In this document: positions 1-11,730 of the stretch, in pieces
Layout: the number at the start of each line of letters is the position of its first letter
How positions within the stretch are numbered: position 1 is the stretch's first letter
NCBI RefSeq assembly: GCF_006345805.1
Contig: NW_021834548.1
Span: 1-47,474, forward strand
Direction of reading: 5' to 3'
Origin: Octopus sinensis
Lineage: Eukaryota
DNA length: 47,474 nt
Notes under the pieces: generated by a model
The model's input: the letters and a program-made list of their open reading frames with translations, nothing else
Databases searched by the model: none
What the model was told of the DNA's origin: nothing
Made by a program: the position numbers and the translations under genes

Positions 1-200
1 ACACATGTTTTATTACAAAACACGCTAACTTCCAGAAGTGGTAGCGTGAAACTTTAGTTTCATTTATTTCAAACTGCTTTCACTTTTATCTTTGGATGAA
101 TAAATTGTCTTTTTAAGCAATTGAAGGCGGTAACATATTTTGATATAAATATAAATACTTACTGGTTTTTATTGATGATAAAATTCTCAAACACTTTTCG

Positions 201-259
201 TTTTGTATACACACACATATACATACGCATACACATTCATACATACACATACACACATA

Positions 260-313
<54 letters not shown>
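201..313. repeat. Compound (CA)n/(TA)n microsatellite
   Basis: Direct reading; source of the YIYI/VCVC ORFs. Confidence 0.95.
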
Positions 314-319
<6 letters not shown>

Positions 320-384
320 GCACACCAACAGAGTAGAATTCAAATAAAGTTAGGTCTAATGACGTAATAAATTATATATATGTC

Positions 385-757
385 AGGCACAGAAGTGGCT
401 GTGTGGTAAGTAGCCTGCTTACCAACCACATGGTTCCGAGTTCAGTTCCACTGCGTGACACCTTGGGCAAGTGTTTTCTACTATAACCTCGGGCCGACCA
501 AAGCCTTGTGATTGGATTTGGCAGACGGAAACCGAAAGAGGCCCGTCGTATATATATATATGTATATGTTTGTGTGTCTGTGTTTGTCTCCTCAACATCA
601 CTTGACAACCCGATGCTGGTGTGTTTACGTCCCTGCAACTTAGCGGTTCGGAGATGGAATAAGTACTAGGCTTACAAAGAATAAGTCCTGGGTCGATTTG
701 CTCGACTAAAGGCGGTGCTCCAGCATGGCCCAGTCAAATGACTGAAACAATAAAAGA

Positions 758-760
<3 letters not shown>
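385..760 (+). mobile_element. tRNA-derived bipartite SINE (family A), full length
   Basis: A-box-like gtggctgtgtggtaag, B-box-like ggttccgagttcagttcc, CORE-like caccttgggcaag, internal TA/CA tract, 3' half ending gactgaaacaataaaagaata; about 15 related copies in window. Confidence 0.9.
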
Positions 761-791
<31 letters not shown>

Positions 792-815
792 TATTATATA
801 TATATATATATATAT

Positions 816-854
<39 letters not shown>

Positions 855-926
855 TTATATATATATATTATATACACATATGTAGTAGAGGTTGGTAAGA
901 TTGTATTTAATGACATTGTATTTAAA

Positions 927-1087
927 GAGGGCAAGTCGATTTCATCGACTCTAGTGCTCAATTGGGACTTATTTTATGAACTTCGAAAAGATGACATGCA
1001 AAGTAGGCTTCAGCGGAATTCGAACTCAGAAAGTGAAGACAGACGAAATGCCGTTAAGTATTTTTTCCGGCGTGCTAACGATTCCAC
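927..1087 (-). mobile_element. SINE family B, diverged
   Basis: Reverse complement matches head (gaatcgttagcacgccgg) and body of family-B copies at 20850 and 32202. Confidence 0.7.
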
Positions 1088-1808
1088 TACTACACCATAT
1101 TTATTTATTTATACACACACGCACACATATAACAAAAAGAAGATAGTCAGGATTTGGTTAAAAACGACACGTACGTACACATACACACACGCACATACAC
1201 GCACACATACACATACACACACGCACATACACACACACATACATATACACACAATAGATGTGTAACTAGATTACAGATTTGTTTTAAAATTTTCTTTCAA
1301 ACAGTGAAAACACCACTGTGTGACAATTTAATATTTTATATTTGCATTTAAAATTTTTCCCATTTCCACATTAATCCCTTAAGGTTTTCTTAAGTCTTGT
1401 AATGCTTGATGACTTCTTCGGCTTCATCATTTGAAAAAAAAAAAAACAACAACAATAACTGCGTGTTATTCTCACACCTTACAATTTAGCGAATGGACAT
1501 AGGAATAATATTATCACTTATAAAACTATTACTGCATTTAAGATTGTTTAACGGTTTAGCCATGGTACTATTCATGATTTCGTTCATGTGTACTTTATCT
1601 CTGTGTTGACTTTTGGCCATATTATGCCATTAATAAAACTTCCCTAGATAATCTCGTTGAGTTTTGGTTCGTGAAATTTTATGCTGGATAGTAGTGATGA
1701 ATAAAGAGAAGTAGGCGGATTGTTTTAAAGGTTTCGAAAATAATTCCACCCTTAAATTTACTATCAAATATAGATCTAACATAAATTTAGAGCACATCCT
1801 TACTCTAA

Positions 1809-2114
1809 TCTCTTTATATAAAACTGTGAAGTTGTATGAGAGTCTGTCTACTCCGATTAAGATTCCTAACTACTCCCACATTTTGCGGTGCAGTTTAACC
1901 AAAAGCGGGTATCTAATAGTCGTGATGCATATCGAGCCCTTCTGGGTATTAGCGCGCGTCTACGATGAGCCTACGATTAAAAAAAAAATTACCATCATTT
2001 TTCCGAATTTTTAATGCATTTTTTCCTCGGTTTATATAAGGGAAGTAACTCTCTAAAAATGCTTATATAGTTATTTCCCTTACAAACCCGAGCAACGCCG
2101 GGCGATACTGCTAG
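1809..2114 (+). mobile_element. Non-autonomous Helitron (family H1), short form
   Basis: A|TC 5' end, 3' hairpin cccgagc-aac-gccggg then CTAG|T; homologous to 41565-42073. Confidence 0.85.
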
Positions 2115-2773
2115 TCTTAAATATAAAGATAGGAATAAGGACCACCCCAATTCACATACACACAAGATTATAAATAAATTACAACACGTACCATATATAA
2201 TCACAAAATTGTAGTTGAAATATATTAAAACAGACAACAGTATGAAAATCGCATGACTATAAAACCGCAAATTTGAAAGTCCCTGTATGCATTTCAGGCA
2301 CTTAATGTATCATGTATATTTCAATGTAAGCATGAGAATTGTAAACTTCGTGGCTCAAACTGATACGTCGGATACGACGCATTCCTGTCGGTTGATTATG
2401 CATTTACAACATGGAACAATTGCAGCATGGAGCAATTGGAACAAATGTATAATAATGTATAAGAAACAAAAATAAATAGAAAAACATTTGATGAAAGCAC
2501 GACCATCTTTATAAAATTCTATAACCCCCATCCTTGAGAACATTAACTGTGGAAGTTTTATTAATAGTTAATATATAAATCAAAAACCATATACTATAAA
2601 ATCCGTCAGGAGTTATCCATTGAACAATGTTAAAGCGCGCAAACAAAACGCACAATGCAACTATCATTTACTCAAATAAGGGGGCGGAAATGTTTGAAAC
2701 CTCAATGGACTGAGGGACATATTGCCCCAAATTAAATATAGGAGATTAATAAGAAAATATGAAGAAATATCTG

Positions 2774-2997
2774 TAATGGTTTCTAATTGAAGCACAAGGC
2801 CGCCAATTTTGTTTGGAAGAGGCGGAGTCGATACCATAGATATCTAGAACTTGATTAGCACTTTATTTTATCGATCTCGAAAGGACGAAAGGCAAAGTCA
2901 CACACGTCGGGATTTGAACTCAAAATATCAGGGCATTGAATAAACACTGCAAAGCATTTTCCCCCAACGTTCTAATGATTCCACCAGTTGGCTGCCT
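2774..2997 (-). mobile_element. SINE family B, diverged
   Basis: Head, body and ggccttgtgc tail recognisable on minus strand. Confidence 0.7.
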
Positions 2998-3290
2998 TTG
3001 AAGAAATATCTTTAATTGTATTAGATTAAATTACATTTTAACGCAGAGATGTCTTTAAAATAACATAGAGGGCAATAAATACACGCATACATGAATACAT
3101 ACGGTTAGAGCTATTGATATAGCTCTTTATATTATAATACAATACAAACATTTATGTGTAGTTGTGTGTGCGTGCACACACACACATACATACACACGCA
3201 CACACACATGCTAGTAGCTATTGTAACACATTAAAACACAATACAGATGTCTGTGCGTATATACATGCATGTAGCCACATGTATAATTTT

Positions 3291-3486
3291 CAGTTTGGCA
3301 AAGAACAGAAATTGTAAGGAGAGGGGATATCGACCAAGTTTTCCACCGGCATTTCCTTTTATCAACCCAGAAAGGATGAAAAGCAAAGCTGACCTTGGAA
3401 GCATGTGAATTCAGAACGTAAAGCCGGAAGAAATGTTGCTAAGCATTTTGTCCGATGCGCTAATGACTCTGACACCTCGCTGCCTT
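3291..3486 (-). mobile_element. SINE family B, diverged
   Basis: Minus-strand match to family-B head and body. Confidence 0.65.
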
Positions 3487-3575
3487 ACACACACATACAA
3501 TGAAGCTAAAACAATGACAAAATATAAAGCAATAAATGAATTCTGACATTTCGTATTAATTTTTTAGATTGTTGT

Positions 3576-3883
3576 TTGTTCTTTCTCAAGCCATGCCTGA
3601 CTTATAATGGGCCGGTTTCCTTGGCGTATAGGTTTCCCACCTGGACGGGGCGCCTGTCCGTCGCATGTGAGCTGCAAGATGCAGGAGGAAATAGTGAGAG
3701 AAAGTTGTGGCACAGCACAGACTCAGCACAGCACAGCAGAAGTTCGCCATTACCTTCTGCCGGAGCCGCGTGGAGCTTAGGTGTTACGCTCATAAACACA
3801 CACATCGCCCAGTCTGAGATTCGAACCCGCGATCCTTGGACTGCGAGTCCGCTGCTCTAACCACTAGGCCACGTACCTCCACA
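3576..3883 (-). mobile_element. tRNA-derived SINE family C
   Basis: Head ggcctagtggttagagcagcggactcgc...gggttcgaatc with A and B boxes; closely matches 34248-34547. Confidence 0.9.
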
Positions 3884-4092
3884 TTTTTTTTAAAAAATTT
3901 TAAATTGAAGTTATATAAATATCTAAATTTATACAGAAAGTCTTCACAATACAAAAGTAAGGTAAAAATGAAGTAGACAGCCAGACGTAGTCGCGAAGTA
4001 GACAAAGTATCTTACTTGATAATACGTACATATATAAAATAAAAACAAACGTGTGTATACTTATGTGTGTTGAGTTCTAATATCCTGTTTGC

Positions 4093-4102
4093 AGCACCAA
4101 AC

Positions 4103-4140
<38 letters not shown>

Positions 4141-4470
4141 ATCACACAAACACATATATACACACGCACGCATATGTTATATACACGTTAGATATATGTC
4201 CATATGTTATACATATTATTTATGTTATATATATTATTTAAATTATATATATGTACGTATGTACATTATACATATATGCATACATATATATACATAATAC
4301 ATACACACATACACATATACACGCATGCACACGTTATACATACGTTAGATATATGTCTATATGTTATATATATTATTTATATATGTACCTATATACACTA
4401 TACATATATGCATACATATATATATACATAATACACACACACATACATATATACACACATACATGCACAC
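4093..4470. repeat. Compound CA/TA microsatellite with an imperfect ~160-bp tandem duplication
   Basis: Unit containing acgttagatatatgtc and tacatatatgcatacatatatatacataatac occurs twice. Confidence 0.75.
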
Positions 4471-4929
4471 ATTTCTCTATACGTCTACCTTGAAAGCAAT
4501 TCTATAAGTCATCTTTTACTTTTTTGTATTTTTTTGCTGATAAGGATTTTTCAGAATCCTTTATTCGCATTTTATGTTCTGTTTGAAACAATAAATTTCA
4601 TTGCAAGACTTATGTGGTCAAATCTACTGGAATGAATGGTTTTAGTGAAGATTGTTATTGCCGAATTTATTGTTTTCTCTCATTCGCAATCGTCAGATTC
4701 GAACGTTTCCCACTCTTGACATCTGGTTTTCTTTTCAATAGTTGGAAAATAGTAAAAGCCATGGTGTCTCTTTTTTGGCATCTTATCAAATTTTGCGTAC
4801 TATTTACGGGTTAAACTTATTTCATCGACATCAGGATGAAATAAAAGAGAAAATCGAACCGGACAGAATTTTAAAGAAAGAATTGAAATATGTTATCAAA
4901 ATACTACATTCGTGTAGCGGCTTTAAATA

Positions 4930-4971
<42 letters not shown>

Positions 4972-5300
4972 TATGAGATCGCCATGTTGATTCAGTCGGC
5001 TAGTAGCCTCTTCACGAATTTTTTCTCTCCTTGTTTCTTTCTGTGTTTCTTTCTGTGTAATTTTCTGTGAAGAGCGTAGGCTCGAAACGTAAAAGACTTG
5101 TTTTATTTATATTTCTGAGCGCCATACTAATACAATTGTTTGTTTGTATTCCACCTGCTTTCGTCTTTTGTTTATTTTCATAAAGCTTCCCGTTATATAT
5201 ATATATGAAAAACAAGTCAAGATAGAAAATTCTAAAATAATTTTATAAAGAACATTTCAGTACCGGTTTCGGTCATTTTTTGAGACCTTTTCAACTGTAA
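4972..5300. mobile_element. Penelope-like pseudo-LTR fragment(s) with two hammerhead-like motifs
   Basis: gagcgtaggctcgaaacgt...ctgagcgcc...ttccac resembles 40766-40960; second motif on minus strand at 5258-5297; TA tracts adjacent. Confidence 0.6.
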
Positions 5301-5621
5301 CAATTAAAAAATTGAATTTAGAAAAATTCAAAGAAAAGTTATTTTTAAAAGAATATTTGTATAGTGTTCAAATATAAGTGGCATTTTCCTTGTTTCTGCC
5401 TTTCTCTGTCTCTCTTGTTCACTCTTGTGGGTTCAAGGTCCATGTGAATTCTTGGTAGGAAAGAAGAAGAAGAAAGAGGAGGAGGACGAGGAGGAGGGGA
5501 AGAAGGGGAGGAATAATTTGGGATTGCCTTGATTGTTGTTGGTCAGTGGTTGCTAGCAGTTCCTGCTGTTCAATTCATCAAAAATATTTCTATTGTTTAT
5601 AGAATTTGCGTAGGTGTATAC

Positions 5622-5668
<47 letters not shown>

Positions 5669-5896
5669 TATAACTTTTTTATGGCGTAGTCAGAGACACA
5701 AGGACACACACCATGTTCTGTTTTTCAGGGTCTCCGAATTTAGTTGCAGAAAGGGTGTAAGTCATCTTCTGATTGGAAGACTAGCTTAAATGTTGGCAAT
5801 GCAATATGCTTCGCTAAAAGTCCTGTCAGACGGTTATGCTAAACTGAATGATGGCTTAAGTATGCCGATAAAAAGTCAGGAACGATCTTTCTGAAG

Positions 5897-6047
5897 GTCT
5901 TTCACAGAGTTTCTGTCTACTAAATTTCATTCACAAACTTTTGTCGACATAACGTTAGGATAGAAGACGCTCAACCAGGGTTCTGTGCTATCGAATCGAA
6001 CCTGAAATTGCATGCTTGAGAAGGGAACTCCTTAACCACACAGCTAA
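5897..6047 (-). mobile_element. SINE family A 5' half, highly diverged
   Basis: Degenerate match to family-A head on minus strand. Confidence 0.55.
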
Positions 6048-6355
6048 CCATTTTTATTTTGCAGTTCAATGAAAGTATGTCACTGTTAGTGATAGACTCG
6101 TTGTCGCACCAATTCTTTCCATTAGCCAACTAGAGAGGTGGTTTCTAGACCTATAAGAAATAGCAACCAAATGACCTTCATATTAGATCGTATCGTCTTG
6201 CAAGCATGTAATTAAATGTTGTGTTATGTATTGTTTAATACGCTTATTTTTCACTGCTACTCATTGGAAATTTACAGTGAGTCAAAGCTTCGCGGAAGAG
6301 ATTTAATAATACACAAATGTGCATCATATATATATATATAATATATATATATATA

Positions 6356-6386
<31 letters not shown>

Positions 6387-6469
6387 TGCGTGCGTATGTA
6401 TGTATATGTATGTATATATATATATATATATATATATGTTTGTGTGGTGTGTGTGTGTGTGTGTGAGAC

Positions 6470-7215
6470 AAAATGAGATAACAAAACCACGGCTGTGAGT
6501 TTTCTGGACATTTATAAGGAAACAGATATAGATATAGTCTTACAGCTGTTTCTGAGATATGATATCCCTTTATCAGAGACGATGTGAGATGGTTAAATAG
6601 AGGTAAATATTTGAGCTCGAAATAAGGCATTATTTTGGGAAAGGAGGAAATAAGGAATACAGAGGGAAATAAGAGAATGAAAGTAGAAATAAAATATAAA
6701 ATATATAAAGATATTGTAGTAGCATTTTCATTATTCGAGGGAAGTGGTGTATAGAAGTGGTAAAAAAATGTTTCCTGTACATGGTATGCAAGTTCCAACA
6801 GTAGTTCATGTTTAGTCATTTCAAAGTATGGAGCCGTGGATTCTGTTGCTCATTCGAAAGGGCCTGGTGATGTGAATGAAAATTTGGTAGTATTTGTGAA
6901 TAGATGGGGGAGGGTGAAGATGTGTATGATTAGAATAGGGAGATGGGTCAAAATGAAAACAGGAAGAGAAAATGAGAGAAAGAGAGAGAAAAAGGAGAAA
7001 AAGTCAAGAGTGAAAAAATTTGAAGAAAGGGTGAAAGAAGTGAGAAAAGGAGTGTTAGTTGGTCAGGATAATGTGAGAGGAGGATAGGAGAGGAGTGGGG
7101 GAGGGATAGGAAGAGATGAGAGACTAAGGAGTGAATAAGTGTGATATGTGAGTAGGGGTAATATGATAGAGCTGCATTAAGGGATGGGTAGAGAAAAGGT
7201 ATGGGTGGGGTAACA
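6470..7215 (-). mobile_element. Penelope-like element 3' fragment
   Basis: Pyrimidine-rich tract, degenerate GTCIP motif resembling the GIY-YIG C-terminal LGTxxP, then a hammerhead-like motif at 6537-6580. Confidence 0.5.
6537..6580 (-). ncRNA. Minimal type-I hammerhead-ribozyme-like motif (G8A variant)
   Basis: gtct-CTGATAA-a-gggata/tca/tatctc-a-GAAA-cagctg-TA-agac; 4-bp stem I, 6-bp stem II, palindrome ACAGCTGT. Confidence 0.6.
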
Positions 7216-7359
7216 CCAAATTGAGTTGTAGTTTTAGTAGTAAAATTTAAAGTGGAGGGGAGAATACAAGGATGTCAAATTTATAAATAGACGTATTTTA
7301 TTGTATAGGTTAGTGTAATAAGTATCAAAGAGGAGGAAAGAAAGTATAATGACATTCGC

Positions 7360-7604
7360 ACGCGCGCACACGAGTACATATACATGTGCGTATATGCATA
7401 CAACACACACACACACACACGTATATATATACATACGCATATACATACACATATACATATGTACATGTATGCTCACGCGCGTCCATAAATGTATTCATAC
7501 ACGCATATGCGTGCGCAGATATATACTCATGCATGCACACGCACATACATACGCGCATATATATATATAGATATAAAATTATTTTAGCATTTTCTATCCT
7601 GACT

Positions 7605-7666
<62 letters not shown>

Positions 7667-7706
7667 TATATGTAATATATAATATGTAATATATATATAT
7701 ATATAT

Positions 7707-7737
<31 letters not shown>

Positions 7738-7790
7738 CACATATATAACATATATTATATATATATACTAGATATGTAATATATATGATA
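7360..7790. repeat. Compound CA/TA microsatellite
   Basis: Direct reading. Confidence 0.9.
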
Positions 7791-8573
7791 TAAGAAAGAG
7801 TTATTCCCCTCCTTTGGGAACCTGAATCTGACAAAATACTCACATGATAAGATTCTTCTCCACAATAAAAGAACATAAGATAAAATTTTAAAAAATGACT
7901 CGAACAGAAACAAACTATATTTTTACATGCAATAAACGAAAAAAAAAAAAAAAAGGAATATAACTTAATTCCTCTGCAGAAGAAATTATATCAAGCTTCT
8001 TAGTTAAAACGACAATATTTTAAACTTTTTAAATGACATAAATGACATCAACAACAAAAACAAAGCCATAACAACTGACAGTATTTGTCAAACGAAAACT
8101 TGAATGTGAAAACTGATTTTGGAGATAAAGAAATTTATTCCAGATGGTCTCTAGATATAAATGGAGAAAAATTCTCCTTAGTGGAGATATGTGATAAAGG
8201 AAGATGTATCCATAGCCTCGCCATTTATCGAACATTGAGTAAAAAGAAAAAAATATGAAATATATCTCTGCACCTCGAAAGCAACAGAGACATTTTTCAT
8301 TTTCAAGAAAAACCAGTTCCAGAAATTATGACTGAAATGTGGAGCAATATTTTTGCCATTCACTAAGGTGACAACTGCGCAAACACGTGCATAACATTCA
8401 GAATTGAGAGTGAAACGGTGTTTTAACAACCTGTTTAAAAAATATACGTCATTAAATGGGACGGGTAGCACAAAAGTTACGGTAAAGGATATTGGGTCTT
8501 CATTATTTTAGCAGTGCAATATGGGAGAGAGGCAGACCTGGAGGTTACCAAGAAGAATATGTTGAAGGGTGAA

Positions 8574-9142
8574 TCTATATCTCTATATCTATAAACGGCA
8601 AAATGTCTGTGTATCTGTGTGTCTGTGTGTTCTTTATACAAATCCACAGTTTTTCACGTAAAAGGCTCGCATTTTCTATGGGCTTTCAAAACTGCTTGAG
8701 GGTGGTCGTGAAGATCTTTTCATTTCCCTAGTCACCCAAGAAAGCCATTAAAAATCGATATACCGACCCCTTATGCCCATAAGTTATGGGCATATCCATT
8801 CAAAATCGTTATGACAGAAATTTGTACACAGTGCGTGCGTACAGCTAGATACGCCAATAGACTGCCAGCTGTTTTTTGATTGGACGGAGATAATTTTACC
8901 CTTGACAGTTGAATGCGCGTGCGCATTTGCACACAGTCTGTATGACTCAGCGCAATTTTGTGTTTTGCGAAGACGCGTTATCATGTGCTTTGGCTTTCAA
9001 ACGTGATCGCTTTCTTGATTTGAGAAATGCAGGGAATAATTAACGAGTTAGACCAAGTGAATGATAAGAGAGCAGGATTTTCATGAAAGGCCAAATATGC
9101 TTGACTAGCACTAGACCCGGCAACGCCGGGTCATAATGCTTG
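8574..9142 (+). mobile_element. Non-autonomous Helitron (family H2)
   Basis: A|TCTATATC start; perfect hairpin gacccggc-aac-gccgggtc (9114-9132) followed by CTTG|T. Confidence 0.75.
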
Positions 9143-9632
9143 TGTACATATAAGTCTTAACAGCCTTTGAAGACTCTAAATATGTTCCATTGATGTACCT
9201 CATTGATGATACAGAAAGAAGAATTATGAGACTTGCAATGCAGGACATAAAACCCAGCTGCTACACATGTAGCAGTAAGGAACATTTAAGGGATATTTTG
9301 CTTGGAGGATGTCAAAAGACAGACGAAGAGGACAGCAAAGACTAGAACAGCAGCAGACAGCAAAATCTGTTGTAAGAGACCCACAAGTCGCAGATCCGGA
9401 AATAGTGGATGAAACCGACTCGTCTTTGGCTACAAGAGCCATCGAACAGGAAATCGCTCTGGGAAATCAACGGTCAAGAAGGACCACGAATCGAAATCCG
9501 GAAAATCAGAAAAAAAGAAACAGAGAAAAGCAAGGAACCGAAACTGAAGGTGAAGAACAGCACACTTTCTCTCAGAACAACTTAAAATTCAAGCCCCTGC
9601 AAATGAGCAACGTACCTTCAGATCAAAGGTAA
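9143..9632 (+). pseudogene. gag-like / LINE ORF1 remnant with CCHC zinc knuckle
   Basis: Frame from 9181 reads ...PSCYTCSSKEHLRDI; removing one T at 9296-9299 gives C-x2-C-x4-H-x4-C; charged low-complexity ORF follows. Confidence 0.55.
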
Positions 9633-10137
9633 TCGTTCTGAATTAATTGATAAATGATGTTCTTCCGGAGGAGGAGAGAATAGAGCAGGATTTTAAAGAA
9701 TTGGAATGGTAGAATTTTTGTAGATCACATCAATGATTTATTATACCATAACAGAGGATTTCTCACTAGAGACGTTAGATGCCTTGTGTCCGGCCCAACG
9801 CAGAAAATACTCACAGATGCTTTGGGTGCATCAGGTTTTAATATGAAAATTAATTAACAGCCAGACAGGTGAGCAGTGTTGTAGGGCTGCTTCCAGACAA
9901 TCTAGCTGGTTTTCTCAGTCGTGCGTGAGTGTAAGTTATCCTATGTGTTTTCTTGCTTCATGAAATATCTTATTTTATATTTCTGATTGATATAATCATC
10001 TAATTACTTTGCACACTTTGTGTCATTCTAAGATGTCTAAACATATTGTGCATCTCTGCCCCTTCTGTATTAATACAGCGTTATTTTGTTAATAGCCACA
10101 TTTTATAACACATTTGAACACATTTTTATATGACTGA

Positions 10138-10355
10138 AAAGGCGGGCGTGCGGGCTGGATCGTTAGTGTATTAGACATAATGCTTAGTGGAATTTTGTCT
10201 GAATCTTTATGTTCTGAGTTCCGTCCAGGGTAACTTTTCCGCTCATCATTTTGGATAAAAAGATGTACCAGTCAAGTACTAGGATCGGTGTAATCGACTG
10301 TCTTCTTCTCCATAAAATTGTTGGCATTGTGCTAAAACTTGAACCCATTGTTGTT
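10138..10355 (+). mobile_element. SINE family B, diverged
   Basis: atcgttag...aatgcttag...gttctgagtt...ggtgtaatcgact...ttggcattgtgc. Confidence 0.7.
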
Positions 10356-10399
10356 ATTAATATTTTGAAATGTAAGTCTAGCATCTACACTGATCTCTT

Positions 10400-11730
10400 C
10401 TCATATTTGCTCTTCTACAAACTCATGTGTCTTGTTTATTACTGTTAATCTATGGCGCAGCATCGCAACTATGCTCCTTCTTACCTGCTCAAACTTTACT
10501 CCAAAGTAGGATATTTCTTGCTCTGAGGGACTTTTATTTTGATTGTATTCTTTTCAATGCATCTAAGGAATTTATTTGAGTTATTTTTAACATGTCATTA
10601 TCTTTGAAGAGCCTCGATCGATTTTCGAAGCGGTGTATGCTGTTTTAGCAGGCATTTTTTGTTTTATCATTTCCATCGCTCCAGCAAATCTGTGTTGAGA
10701 TTTTAATTCATATTTTCTCATTATTGTTTTCTTCTTAAAAGTTGTATATTATGATTATTGTTTAAGATTTTGTGTATTTCTTTATCAGATCGAAGAGATT
10801 TGTTTCTTGACTTCTCCATTGCTTCAGTAAATTTGTATTAAGACTTTAATTTATATTTTCTCATTATCTCTCTCTTCCTAAAAGGTTTTATATAATGATT
10901 ACTGCTTAAGATTTTGTGTATTTCTACATCAGATCGGAGAGGTTTGTTTCTTGAGTTTTTCTTGCCGCATTGGTTTTTTTACGATGATGTCCCACTTTAT
11001 ATTTCAGTTTTACGCCAGACATTTTGATGCATTCAATAGCAATAGCATAGAATAACTCATATAGAGATGTAAATCCAGTTTATTTTCCTTTATAATGATT
11101 TTATAATGATATCCACATGACAGATTACTCTGTCATATTTTCTTCTATTGCAGATCTTAGGAAGGTCACTGCGTTCCTTCATGTCCATTTTTTAGACTTT
11201 GATCCGTTCTTAGATTATTATTTTTTCAAGTTCTCTCAGATCACTGTTCTTGTATTCATCATTATTTGTTTTCACTAAATTGTTAGGAATTTCATAAAGA
11301 TATTCCTCTTCAATGGTTTGATATTCACAGAATATTTTTATGCTTTCTTATTGTGCATATCATGTTATTACTTCTTGTGACAGTTTTTCTATTCCGACCC
11401 TGACATCAGTTTTTGTCTGTTGTATTTTGAGTTGTATTCGTTGTTTCTTAAATCTGATTTTCTTTTATCTGTTCAATTTCAATCTCTGTCAGCATTTGCT
11501 GTCATACAATATTTCAGCTTACATTCTCAAGTTTATTACGTTTTTATGTTTAGTCTAATGCTGGAATTCTTTTCTCCAGACTTGGCATATTTCCCCCATG
11601 CTTGAAACTTCCGATAAATAATATACAGAAGTGTAATAAGTCTCAAAAACCTGTTTTATTGCTTACTCCGGACCATTTCTGTCTCTTGGTTTGAATGGTA
11701 CCTGTTAGTCTTGGACATGAAGGGCCGTCA
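10400..11730 (-). mobile_element. Heavily decayed RTE-like LINE (AP endonuclease to start of RT)
   Basis: Broken minus-strand motifs in the expected order: LHVQ (cf. TWNVR), KWSG, SIRLNIK, DVRVG (cf. NAKVG), KKWT*R (cf. WTW), DALKRI; many stops and frameshifts. Confidence 0.55.

Noticed and set aside
372-638. Recurring peptide RLPNP.TRLWSARGYSRRHLPKV in many ORFs
   Set aside because: Antisense translation of SINE family A; not a protein family
2287-2475. AAWSNWNKC resembling a thrombospondin type-1 motif
   Set aside because: The following CSxTCG pattern is absent and there are no convincing splice sites
2490-2550. Minus-strand acceptor-like cttccacag followed by an open frame
   Set aside because: No good donor and no recognisable protein
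3800-3883. tRNA gene candidates in SINE heads (also 30898, 34470, 37560)
   Set aside because: No acceptor stem pairing; each continues into a SINE body
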